DNA from: Candidatus Latescibacterota bacterium
Lineage (GTDB): Bacteria > Latescibacterota > UBA2968 > GCA-2709665
NCBI GenBank assembly: GCA_965208835.1
Contig: OZ242358.1
Location: forward strand, 2,752,001-2,816,000
DNA length: 64,000 bases
Reading direction: 5' to 3'
Under the pieces are notes generated by a model. It worked only from the letters and a program-made list of their open reading frames with translations, was not told the DNA's origin and ran no database searches. Shown in pieces: positions 36,769 through 46,127 of this stretch; the stretch's first letter is position 1; every line of letters begins with the position of its first letter. Position numbers and translations under genes: made by a program.

Positions 36769-37554
36769 TCAACCCCGCGCCAGGTCCCGGTAGGCCCTGA
36801 AGAGGTCCGCGTAGTACGCCGCGAACATCCACCGGTCACCGACGCCCCGATCGGGGCTCCGTTCCGCCTCGGCTGACATGTATCCCGCGTATTCCTTCTG
36901 ATGAAGCAACCGGAACAACTCCCGGTACGGATACCCCTGGCCGGCCAGATCGTGCATATGCACGTGATCCAGCCAGGGCCAGACCGTGTCGAGCGCCTGC
37001 TCAACCGAACCGTCAACCACGTCTTCGGCCACCGAGTTCCAGATCAATCCGAAATTCTCATGGTCTACCTTTTCGGCTACCGACCGGCATGACCGCCAGT
37101 CGAATTCGCCGTGAAGTTCCAGACACGGCCTGATGCCCCTTTCGACGCCGTACGCACAGAGTTCCTGAAGCGAGTCGGCCACCTGCGCGATCGTCTTCTC
37201 TCTCGGCACGTCCTTCGGGAAGTTGTTCCCGAAGACCCTCACCCTGGGCGCGCCCAGATCCGCCGCGAGATCCATCCGCACCTTTGTCTGGTCGATCTGG
37301 TCTCGAAGGTCGGTCGCATCCTCATCGTGATACCTGTTTCCCGTTGCAACGCTGATGATTTCAATGCCGGCCGCTGCGCAGTCGGCCACGACCTGCCCGC
37401 GTCCGGCGTCGTCCAGTGACGCCTCCACGCCGTGCCCGTGACCCAGGTCCGTCCGGAACTCGACGCCCTCGACATCGTGGTCACCCAGCGTCTGCAGCAA
37501 GTCCTGGCGCGAAAGGTCCTTCAGCACGCCATATGTCATCCAGGATAGTTTCAT
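36769..37554 (-). CDS. Sugar phosphate isomerase/epimerase TIM barrel
   Basis: GVEFR, VRVFG, LELHG, HVHMHD, MSAE. Confidence 0.82.
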   Translation of the reverse strand: MKLSWMTYGVLKDLSRQDLLQTLGDHDVEGVEFRTDLGHGHGVEASLDDAGRGQVVADCAAAGIEIISVATGNRYHDEDATDLRDQIDQTKVRMDLAADLGAPRVRVFGNNFPKDVPREKTIAQVADSLQELCAYGVERGIRPCLELHGEFDWRSCRSVAEKVDHENFGLIWNSVAEDVVDGSVEQALDTVWPWLDHVHMHDLAGQGYPYRELFRLLHQKEYAGYMSAEAERSPDRGVGDRWMFAAYYADLFRAYRDLARG

Positions 37555-37598
37555 CTACAACTCCCCTCCTCTGAGGCTAACGTGGACAAGGGTTCACA

Positions 37599-38324
37599 TC
37601 AGACCACCGGCTCCTTGCCGATCCTTGCAAATCCCTCGGCATACCTGCAGTCGCTCATCCCGGCCATATGCTGCGCCTCGATCGCGCGGTACCGGTTCAG
37701 AACCGTATATACCTCCGGCAGGGGCGGCTGAGCGGCGAGTTTCTTCAGCGCTTCGATCTTCTGCTCGAACACCGACGAAATGTCCACGTACAGGTCAGGA
37801 ACGAAACCCGAGACCGGAGACGTCCCCATCGTGGTTTCGTAGCATATCACAAGCGGCCTGGGGCACGGAGAATTGCCCGTCCTGACTCCCCCTGCATTGC
37901 AATAGGAACACGCCCACAGCGCTGCCTGCGTGGTCTCCACGTGGTCGGGATGCATGACATCGTTGATCCAGTGACTCAGCACGAGATCCGGCCTGAATCG
38001 TCGAACCGCGTCCAGCAGCTGCAACCGGCGGTCAGGCCCCAAAACCAGCGGGCTGTCTCCGAAATCGAAGCAATCGATCGTCGCCCCCAGGATCCCGGCG
38101 GCGGCCTCGAATTCCTCCCTTCGCCTCGCCTTGACATCCTCCAGCGCCAGGTCCGGATTCTTCACCCACAATGCAGGCGACTCACACCGCTCTCCATAAG
38201 TCAGGTTGTGGACGTGTACCGTACCGCCTGCGTTCACGAAACGAATGATGGCACCTCCCGCGCGAGAACAGAAGTCCGCCGCATGGGCGCTGAACACCAG
38301 CACTCGCATTCCCTCCCGGATCAT
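37599..38324 (-). CDS. PIG-L/LmbE family protein most like 4-oxalomesaconate hydratase GalB
   Basis: LVFSAHAADFCSRAGG, LTYGERCES, HPDH, PDLYVDIS, YAEGF. Confidence 0.75.
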   Translation of the reverse strand: MIREGMRVLVFSAHAADFCSRAGGAIIRFVNAGGTVHVHNLTYGERCESPALWVKNPDLALEDVKARRREEFEAAAGILGATIDCFDFGDSPLVLGPDRRLQLLDAVRRFRPDLVLSHWINDVMHPDHVETTQAALWACSYCNAGGVRTGNSPCPRPLVICYETTMGTSPVSGFVPDLYVDISSVFEQKIEALKKLAAQPPLPEVYTVLNRYRAIEAQHMAGMSDCRYAEGFARIGKEPVV

Positions 38325-38442
38325 ACCGTTCTCCCTGAAATGGAGCTTCGTCCGACATCGGTTTTCACGCCCGGAAACGGGCGGGCGACCCCGGCTCGAG
38401 GCCGTGTCGCTGTCGTGCACGCGGCTTCAGGATCCACCGCCA

Positions 38443-39195
38443 TTATTCATTGTCTCCATACTCCGGCAGGGTTCCGTCGTCTTTCGGCACGTATCCCAGC
38501 ATCTCTCTCGCATTCGACAGATCCCATTTCTTCTCGCTTCCACCCGACACACCGTAGAAGATCCCGAACCCGACGTGGTCCGCTTCGATGGACCTCCAGA
38601 CCAGTTGCGCCAGATCCCCCGGACTGAGCCAGCGGGAATACCCGGGCTCATATTGTCGCCCTGGACCATCCTCCCCGTTGAAGTTCGCCACCCGAAGGCA
38701 GATGACCCGTATACCGTGCCGCTCGGCATAAAATCTGCCCAGGGCTTCGCCAAAGGCCTTTCCCGCGCCGTAAACGCCGTCCGGCCTTACCGGGCTCTCC
38801 GGGGTGGAGACAAGCCCTTCTTTCTCGTACAACCCCGTGACATGATTGGTACTTGCGAAGACAACAACGGGCACTTCGTTAATGCGCGCAGCCTCCAGGA
38901 CATTGTACACGCCCGGAATATCGACTTCGAAGGTCGCCTTCGCGACGTCTTCCGGTGTCATGCCGCGCCACCGCCGGATGGCCAGGTGCACGATGGCGTC
39001 CACGTCCAACCCGGCTTCGACCATCGCCGCGTCGTCCGCCACGCTGCCGACGACCACCTGGTCTTCCGGATGTACGTCGTCCGGTACCGTCGCGTGCAGC
39101 AGGAACCGGAAGTCGTATCGTGCTCTCAGCCGGGACCTGAGGCTGGTACCGAGCGAACCGGCCGCGCCGGTCAGGAATATCCGTTTCTTCCCCAT
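38443..39195 (-). CDS. NAD-dependent epimerase/dehydratase (uronate dehydrogenase-like SDR)
   Basis: TGAAGSLG, FASTNHVTG, RPDGVYGAGKAFGEALGR, WLSPGDL, FYGVS. Confidence 0.82.
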   Translation of the reverse strand: MGKKRIFLTGAAGSLGTSLRSRLRARYDFRFLLHATVPDDVHPEDQVVVGSVADDAAMVEAGLDVDAIVHLAIRRWRGMTPEDVAKATFEVDIPGVYNVLEAARINEVPVVVFASTNHVTGLYEKEGLVSTPESPVRPDGVYGAGKAFGEALGRFYAERHGIRVICLRVANFNGEDGPGRQYEPGYSRWLSPGDLAQLVWRSIEADHVGFGIFYGVSGGSEKKWDLSNAREMLGYVPKDDGTLPEYGDNE

Positions 39196-39477
39196 GGCGA
39201 GGGCGGATCCTCCGGCGTGGAATTAACCTGACAGACTGTGCACAATATCTGACCCCTGGATTGCGGGGAGACGATTGCCATGATCCGACTCACGTAACCG
39301 GAATGCCGATGACGCAACGTCGAATCGGACGGAGTAGACGCGAATCCTGAAGATAGCGCCTCCCGGCCGCAGACGCAATACCCATCCGCCCGTCTGAGAC
39401 GCGACCGTTGTATGAGGTCTGGTTTATGTATATCTTCAATCCGCATGACGAACCCAATCGATCACTTTGGAGGTACT

Positions 39478-40239
39478 GTGACACCGATCGACATCCAATG
39501 GATTCTCAGCATAACCCGAAAGGCGGGAGATATCGCGCTTTCCCACTTCGGTAGGACGAAAGGGACGCTCAAGACCGACAACTCCTGGGTCACGCAGGCG
39601 GACGTGGACGTCGAAGCCTATATCAGAAAAGAGCTCGAATCCAGGCGACCGAACGATGCCATACTTGGCGAAGAGGGCGCCGATCCGCCCCCGGCGTCGC
39701 CCGTCGTCTGGGCGATCGATCCGATCGACGGAACGCGAGCGTTCAATCACGGCCTGCCGGTGTGGGGCGTCTCCATCGGCGTGCTCGAAAACGGCGAGCC
39801 GACCATGGGTGCGTTCATACTACCGGTACTGGGAGACGTCTACTACACGGACGGCACTTCCGCCTTCTGCAACGGGCGCGCGCTCTCACCCCGGACACCC
39901 GCACTGGACGCCAATGCCATCCTGCTCGTCAGCGAAGGCGCATTCAAACGTCTCAGGATCGACTATCCCGGCAAAACCCTGAGTCTCGGGTCCGCAGCCG
40001 CCCATCTGTGCTACGTTGCCAGGGGCTCCGCGGTCGGCGCCTTCGACCACGCGTCGATATGGGACTATGCCGCCGGCGCGGCCATCCTGAAAGCGCTGGG
40101 CACACACCTGCGGTACCTATCGGGAAGGGAGGTGGATTTCGAGGAATTATTCAGCGCAAAGGCCGCGCCGGAACCCACCCTCGCATCAACGGACCTCCAC
40201 TTCAGGTCCCTGCAGCGCGCGTTTCAGCGCGCCGGATGA
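39478..40239 (+). CDS. Inositol monophosphatase family protein
   Basis: VTQAD, ILGEE, WAIDPIDGT, LGSAA, WDYAAG; GGAGG upstream of GTG. Confidence 0.88.
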   Translation: MTPIDIQWILSITRKAGDIALSHFGRTKGTLKTDNSWVTQADVDVEAYIRKELESRRPNDAILGEEGADPPPASPVVWAIDPIDGTRAFNHGLPVWGVSIGVLENGEPTMGAFILPVLGDVYYTDGTSAFCNGRALSPRTPALDANAILLVSEGAFKRLRIDYPGKTLSLGSAAAHLCYVARGSAVGAFDHASIWDYAAGAAILKALGTHLRYLSGREVDFEELFSAKAAPEPTLASTDLHFRSLQRAFQRAG

Positions 40240-40350
40240 CTCCCGCGGCTTCAATCGGTGCAAGCCGGAACCTCCGGTCAGCCTGTTGGCGGGAACGTAC
40301 GACCCGGCCGTTAAATTCCGACAGTCCATCTCCGTGATGGAAGGCTAACC

Positions 40351-41103
40351 CTAGAGACCGTAGATTCTCGCCAGATTCTCCCCGAAAATCAGCCGCTCGG
40401 CATCCTCTCCCAAATGCAGCCTCTGGATCGCCCGCTTCACCTGGACGGGTCGATATTCCGGCAGATTCGAGCCGAAGACCACACGTTCCGGCCCCAACCT
40501 CTCCACCGCCGTTCCGACCTCCATGGGAACGGTCTCCTCCGGGTTGTCCGCCCACCTCTTGTGGAAACGCAGAATCGTCGTACCCATGTATACGTTCCTG
40601 TGTTGCAGGCACACCGACAGCGCCGCGTCGAAGTGGTCCGGGAAACCCATGTGGTCAAGGATTATCGCTGTTTCCGGAATGCGCGCCGCGATCGCGCCGG
40701 CCCGATCGGCGCTGCAGTTCTCCACCCCCGTATGGATTGAAACGACAATGCCCAGTTCCTGTGCGGCGTCTGCGAACGGAAAGACCATTGGATCGTCCAC
40801 CTCGAACTTGTGGATCGCGCCCATCAGCTTCATGCCCTGAGCGCCGCGGGACACGTAGTCCCTCAGCAACGCAACGCCACGATCCCCCCAGTGCGGATTC
40901 ATCATCACGCAGGGCAGCAGGTTTGGATGGGCCCCGGTCCGTTCCAGCAGCCCGTCGTTGTCAGGATCCTCCTTCGCATCGGGCATGACCACCGCCATAT
41001 CGATGTCCGCTTCCGCCTCACACTCCAGCAGTGCGGCGACGGACATGGGGCGGCCGTACCAGTCTTCCGCCAGATAGGCCTCGAAATCGCCCGTAATAGC
41101 CAT
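40351..41103 (-). CDS. Amidohydrolase_2 family protein
   Basis: GMKL, SIHTG, ILDHMG, ERVVFGSNLP, IFGENLARIY; N-terminal DxHxH appears as DFEAY. Confidence 0.78.
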   Translation of the reverse strand: MAITGDFEAYLAEDWYGRPMSVAALLECEAEADIDMAVVMPDAKEDPDNDGLLERTGAHPNLLPCVMMNPHWGDRGVALLRDYVSRGAQGMKLMGAIHKFEVDDPMVFPFADAAQELGIVVSIHTGVENCSADRAGAIAARIPETAIILDHMGFPDHFDAALSVCLQHRNVYMGTTILRFHKRWADNPEETVPMEVGTAVERLGPERVVFGSNLPEYRPVQVKRAIQRLHLGEDAERLIFGENLARIYGL

Positions 41104-41153
41104 GCCTTGCCCTCCTTTTTCCGCCTTCGCGTTCGTTCACAGTTTGACGGCAT

Positions 41154-41960
41154 TCATCCCAGTTGCAATGCTCTCCAACGGTCATACGCCGTATGCATGC
41201 TCTCCGGCAGAAATCCTCGTACATTGTCCGCCAGCATCCATTTCACGCGCCCGTCCGTTTCCTGCGGTTTCTCGTCCGGATTATGTTTATTCCAGCTCCC
41301 TGCCAGTGTCATTCTCTCGGGCCTGGTCTTGTAGGTCCCGCGATGGACCGCATTGCCGCTCCAGAAAATCGTCTGTCCCGCCTTCAGGTGCATCACTTCC
41401 TGCGTTGAGATGTCGGCGTGTCGATTCTTCAACAGGCGATCCCGCTCCTCATCCGTACGGTACCGCCGGTGGCTGCCCGGCACCAGTTGCAGGCAGGAAT
41501 CGTCAACCAGCGCCAGGTGCCACTTCAACGACACCATCGGCCGGTTGAGTATTTCCATTTCCACTTCGTAGGACCCGTCCCGCTCGTTACCGCCGAAATC
41601 CCGGTGCCACCCGCCGTTCCAATCCACTTCGTCGGGCGATGTGAAAATGAGCACGCCGCCCAGGCGCAAATCGGCGCCGATAAACGGCACGACGTATTGC
41701 AACACCGGTTGAGACATCAGATACTCCGCAAAAACCGGTTCGTTGAATTCGGGAGCGAACAAGCCCCTGATCGCCCAGGGCTCTCCCTCGGGAGTCCGGT
41801 GCGTATAGATATCCACATCCCGGGTACGCGTTTTCGATTTCACCCGCCGCGTCGCTTCCAGAAGCGGTTCCAGCATATCCGGATCGACCGCATCATCCGC
41901 GATGAAATAGCCCTGTGTCCTGTACTGTTCCCTGACCTCTTCCAAGTCCATGGCGTTCAT
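41154..41960 (-). CDS. Phytanoyl-CoA dioxygenase (PhyH) family Fe/2OG dioxygenase
   Basis: YRTQGY, GWHRD (HxD), LVPGSHR, LKAGQ...AVHRG. Confidence 0.85.
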   Translation of the reverse strand: MNAMDLEEVREQYRTQGYFIADDAVDPDMLEPLLEATRRVKSKTRTRDVDIYTHRTPEGEPWAIRGLFAPEFNEPVFAEYLMSQPVLQYVVPFIGADLRLGGVLIFTSPDEVDWNGGWHRDFGGNERDGSYEVEMEILNRPMVSLKWHLALVDDSCLQLVPGSHRRYRTDEERDRLLKNRHADISTQEVMHLKAGQTIFWSGNAVHRGTYKTRPERMTLAGSWNKHNPDEKPQETDGRVKWMLADNVRGFLPESMHTAYDRWRALQLG

Positions 41961-42023
41961 CCTCCACAGTTGTCCTGCGACGTTCATCCGGCGTAGATAT
42001 ATGCTTCGAAATCCAATGGGGTT

Positions 42024-45000
42024 TTACCACTGCTTCTTCCAGAAGATCCCGAGTGAACTCCGGTCGCGTTCACGTTCGTTTCCCTCGCGCTGCTGCGCCT
42101 CCAGCGTGACGTTCGGCAACAATTCGTATTCCACGACGACCTCCTTCCCCCGTGCCTCGGAGACGTCCTGTGCGTAGCTGACGAAAAACCGGGATCCGAA
42201 GTACTTCCCGGCCCGTACCCGCGTGGCCGTGTTGCCCATTCCCAGGTCGATTTCCACGACGTCGAGATTCAGTCGCTGTCCGATCGTCTGCTTCAACCGG
42301 TTCGCCGCCAGTCCCATTACCAGGACGGCGGCCCGTCCTTCCATGCCGCTCCCCCCGCCACCGCCGTCGCCAGCCATCAGCTCGGACATCTCGTCCGGCG
42401 ACATGCCGAGAAGCAGGTAAGAGAGGATGTCGTCATCGATCCGCTTATGGTCCGGGAGGTCGCTCTCCAACGATATCTGCGGGTTCAGAAACGTCCCTCC
42501 CACAACCACGCTGATCAGCACATTTTCGCCGGATACCCTGACCCTGCGTGTGGCTATAATGTAGAGATCGGGGTTGATTTCCGTACTGCCGCGGAAGTTG
42601 ATTTCTCCCCGGTCGATGGCGAAACTCCGGTTCTGGAACTCGTATCTTCCGTGCCTGCTGTCGAGAGAACCGTAAACCCTGAGTCCCTTTCGGTCCTTGA
42701 CCAGATCGAGATCGCCGGAAATCTCGACGTTTAACTCCCTGTCACGGATCCACACGTTTCGAGAGGCCGAAAGCCGAATGTCGCACGTCAGATTCCGATA
42801 GAATGGAGATGCCATCCAGGCGACGTCGGTCGGGTATTCGATGAAATCGGACAGCTTGAGCACCGCGCGGGACAGCGCCACCCTGCCCTTCATGCGACCG
42901 GCCCGTGAGTCGCCCTTCAATTGAAGATCCGCATTGAGGGTGGCCTTGAGTTCTGACAGGTCAATCGCCTCGAACTCATTTGCCTTTAACGTAAGATCAT
43001 AGCTTTCCAGGTTGAATCGATCCAGTGTCATTTCACCGTTGAGAGCGACCCGTTGGTTCTCTCTGCCGGCCTCCAGGCGTTCCAGGACGACTCTGTTCCC
43101 GTCAAGTCTCAGATCCGCCTCAACCCTCTTGATGGTCGTATTAAGCGGTACAATGCGTGATTTTCCATCGCGAATCCGTACCCATCCGTCGTGGCGAAAT
43201 CGTCGTGTTGTCCCCGTCACGTTCACGTCGGCCGTCAGAATACCTTCGGCGTCACGAATTCCGGAAACCACATCCGGAAGGAGGCTGAGGTCAATGCCGT
43301 CCGCTTCGACCGAGACGTCTACGGGCCCGTCGGGGAACAGGGTCTTGCTCTTCCGCGGCGACAGGTTCAGCGGGAATCGCCCCCTTCCCGACGCTTCCCG
43401 GCCGGTGGACTGCACCAGTCTCAAATCAATCGACGCCTGACGATCCACATAACCAAGCGATCCGGAAAGCGCCTGAAAACGAACCCCGACGACGTCGCCA
43501 TTCCTGATGTCCAGCTCGGACTTGACGCTGGGATCGTCAGGCGTTCCGGACAGGGAAATTCGCCCGCCAAGTGTGCCGCTCAGGTCCCCCGCCATCCCCA
43601 GGATCGTCGACCATGTCTTCAGATCCAGCCCTTTGAGGCTTACAACCACGCCATCGGACTTTCCGCTGTGTCCACGCGCGTGAATGGTCCCCGCGTCGCC
43701 AACCAGCCGGAATCTCTCCACGTACGCGCCCTCGTCGGGGCGATACGTCGCCCGGGAAGGGCCGTCGTTGGACAGCGACACGCCACCCACCTCGACGGTG
43801 AGCGAGTCGAGTTCGAGGTTGTATCCCTCACCGGCCCGAGCGGCCCGGGCACTGAGATGGAGGTGATCGATGTCGTCCGGCCGGCTGCCCAGGACAAGGG
43901 ATACGGAGTCCCCGTTCAATGACATATCGAGCGAGGGGGCGCGAACGGTCCGCCCGCCCCACACAAGGGAGTCCGCACGGGCGGAATAACTCCCCTCCGG
44001 AAGATGGGACCCGGTCATTCCAATTCTGACGCCGTGGATCGGGACATCCATGTAATTCACGCTGTCGGCGGCCACGATCGCACGGACGACCGGCTGCTCC
44101 CAGGTCCCGCCAATACGGGCAGTCAGGGACGCCGGCGTTCCCGAGAGGCCCCTCCCTACGATGCTCTCCAGAGCCTCGATCTCGAAAACCCGCCCGTTTG
44201 CACGGATCTCCATGCTGTCACCGGGGACGATCCAGCCACGGGCATCGACGTGCGCACGCGGGCCGGCCAGGATGAGTCGATTGACAATCGTCCGACGACC
44301 CTGCTGCACCACGCTCGCCCTCGCGCTATCCAGCCTTCCGCCGAGAAAACGCGACGCCACCAGCATGACGTCGGCGGTGGTCTGCACCGAATCCGGGTGA
44401 AATCCCTCCCCGGTGACGCCAATCTGCAGCGTAACACCTTCCAGGAGGCCGGGGCGCCCCAGAAGCGTTTCCATTGCCAGGCCGTCCACCCGAAGCCCCG
44501 CACGATATGTGGGTTTTTCGCCATCCGGGCGCCGGAGTCGTCCCAGATCCAGGCGGCCGTGTCCCCTGACCACGCCGTACGGGTCCGGCAGTCTTACGCC
44601 TACACTGTCAATGTCGACAATGCCGTGCCGGTACGACCCCCTGAGAGCGAGTCCTCTCGCCGGGGGCAGCCCCCCGGCTTTCAGAAGGTCGATCGAGGCT
44701 TCGCCCCGCCATACTCCGTCGCCCGACAGTCTCAACCGAATGTCCCCCGTGACGTCGGTGATTCCTGGCAGTTCCGGTGAAATCCTGGTCAGGTCCAGAT
44801 GGTCCATGCGGGTCCGCAGCAGGTAGGAAGGCGCCTTTGTCCTCCCTGCAGCTTCCAGCGTTGCGGCCAGGCCACCAGCGTCCCCCTCCACGCTGAGGTC
44901 CATGAGGAACCGCCCTTCCGCCAGTGACGCCCGCAGGCTCGCCGTATCCACGGATACGCCAAAGAGACGCGACTTTGAGAATTCACCAACGAGAGCCGCG

Positions 45001-46073
45001 TCGGCCGTCTGACGGTCCAGGCCGCGACCCTTCAGATTTATGGCCACGTCGAACCGGACATCCAGGTCCAGTTCCGGGCGGACCCGAGCCAAATCGACTC
45101 CCGTCGCAGTCGCGTGGAGGTCGTACGAAACCACCTCCTCGGAAAAATCGACGAGCCCGGAAAGTGTTGCCGAGGTCGACCCGTCGTTGAACTTCAGGTC
45201 GAGGTTCACGCCGGACGGATCGCCCCGCACTCTCCCGCCCGCTGCCAGACTACCCTCCGGATAGGTGCCGGGAAAAAGGCGACGGACCTCGTCGAACGCC
45301 AGAGAATCCGCATGCAGCACGATGTCATACTCGGGTCTCGACAGACCCTTCATCGTTCCGTCGATCCGCAGGCTGGAATGCGGCGTGTGCATTTGGAACC
45401 CGTCGAGCGCCAGGCGACCATCGGCAAGCAGCGTCAACCCGGTGAGATCCCTGATCTTAAGAGGAGGATCGAAGACAAGGGACCGAAACCGGCGGAACTC
45501 CAATTCGTATCCGGCAGGACCCGCCCGAAGACCGAGAACCATGTTCAGGCTGTCCAGCCTGCCACCGGTACCCGCACGCATTTTCCCGTCCACGACCTCC
45601 GCTTGTCGAATGCGGATATCCCATTCGGGGCCGGCTATCCACCACGCAGGGTCGGAACCGGGCAACAGGCTGGCGGCGGAATCGGCGGCGATCGATCTGT
45701 CCGGAAGCCGGACCGTCGGGGCGGCCAGGACGAGTCGGTCGACGTTCACCGATCCGCTCAGCAGTGACGTCAGCCGGTAACTGGCTTCCACGGCTCTCGC
45801 GGTCAGCAGCGGTTCTTCCTTCGTGCCAAACCGTACGCGTTCCATCCGGAACCCCTTCAGGGGGTTGCCGTGCAGGTCGCCGATTTCCACCGGCACGCTC
45901 AGGTCGCTGGCGAGTCGCCGCTGCGCATAATGCCTCAGATAAGTGTTCAACTGTCCGGATCCCAGCGCCAGCAGGGAGAATCCAACGACCACGGCAATGA
46001 CCGTCGAGAGAAGAGCGGCGATGTTTACGATGCGTCTCAAGAAAGTTCGATTCGGCATGGAAGGCCTGCACAT
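42024..46073 (-). CDS. tamB: Translocation and assembly module TamB
   Basis: N-terminal anchor, AsmA-like beta-taco repeats, C-terminal DUF490-like GRYEF..GEINF..DILSYLLLG..AGKYF..FVSY; adjacent to an Omp85 gene. Confidence 0.85.
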   Translation of the reverse strand: MCRPSMPNRTFLRRIVNIAALLSTVIAVVVGFSLLALGSGQLNTYLRHYAQRRLASDLSVPVEIGDLHGNPLKGFRMERVRFGTKEEPLLTARAVEASYRLTSLLSGSVNVDRLVLAAPTVRLPDRSIAADSAASLLPGSDPAWWIAGPEWDIRIRQAEVVDGKMRAGTGGRLDSLNMVLGLRAGPAGYELEFRRFRSLVFDPPLKIRDLTGLTLLADGRLALDGFQMHTPHSSLRIDGTMKGLSRPEYDIVLHADSLAFDEVRRLFPGTYPEGSLAAGGRVRGDPSGVNLDLKFNDGSTSATLSGLVDFSEEVVSYDLHATATGVDLARVRPELDLDVRFDVAINLKGRGLDRQTADAALVGEFSKSRLFGVSVDTASLRASLAEGRFLMDLSVEGDAGGLAATLEAAGRTKAPSYLLRTRMDHLDLTRISPELPGITDVTGDIRLRLSGDGVWRGEASIDLLKAGGLPPARGLALRGSYRHGIVDIDSVGVRLPDPYGVVRGHGRLDLGRLRRPDGEKPTYRAGLRVDGLAMETLLGRPGLLEGVTLQIGVTGEGFHPDSVQTTADVMLVASRFLGGRLDSARASVVQQGRRTIVNRLILAGPRAHVDARGWIVPGDSMEIRANGRVFEIEALESIVGRGLSGTPASLTARIGGTWEQPVVRAIVAADSVNYMDVPIHGVRIGMTGSHLPEGSYSARADSLVWGGRTVRAPSLDMSLNGDSVSLVLGSRPDDIDHLHLSARAARAGEGYNLELDSLTVEVGGVSLSNDGPSRATYRPDEGAYVERFRLVGDAGTIHARGHSGKSDGVVVSLKGLDLKTWSTILGMAGDLSGTLGGRISLSGTPDDPSVKSELDIRNGDVVGVRFQALSGSLGYVDRQASIDLRLVQSTGREASGRGRFPLNLSPRKSKTLFPDGPVDVSVEADGIDLSLLPDVVSGIRDAEGILTADVNVTGTTRRFRHDGWVRIRDGKSRIVPLNTTIKRVEADLRLDGNRVVLERLEAGRENQRVALNGEMTLDRFNLESYDLTLKANEFEAIDLSELKATLNADLQLKGDSRAGRMKGRVALSRAVLKLSDFIEYPTDVAWMASPFYRNLTCDIRLSASRNVWIRDRELNVEISGDLDLVKDRKGLRVYGSLDSRHGRYEFQNRSFAIDRGEINFRGSTEINPDLYIIATRRVRVSGENVLISVVVGGTFLNPQISLESDLPDHKRIDDDILSYLLLGMSPDEMSELMAGDGGGGGSGMEGRAAVLVMGLAANRLKQTIGQRLNLDVVEIDLGMGNTATRVRAGKYFGSRFFVSYAQDVSEARGKEVVVEYELLPNVTLEAQQREGNERERDRSSLGIFWKKQW

Positions 46074-46127
46074 CCAGAAGGATGGTTGAATTTATCCGTC
46101 GATTTCGCCCTCAGCGCACGTGATGCT

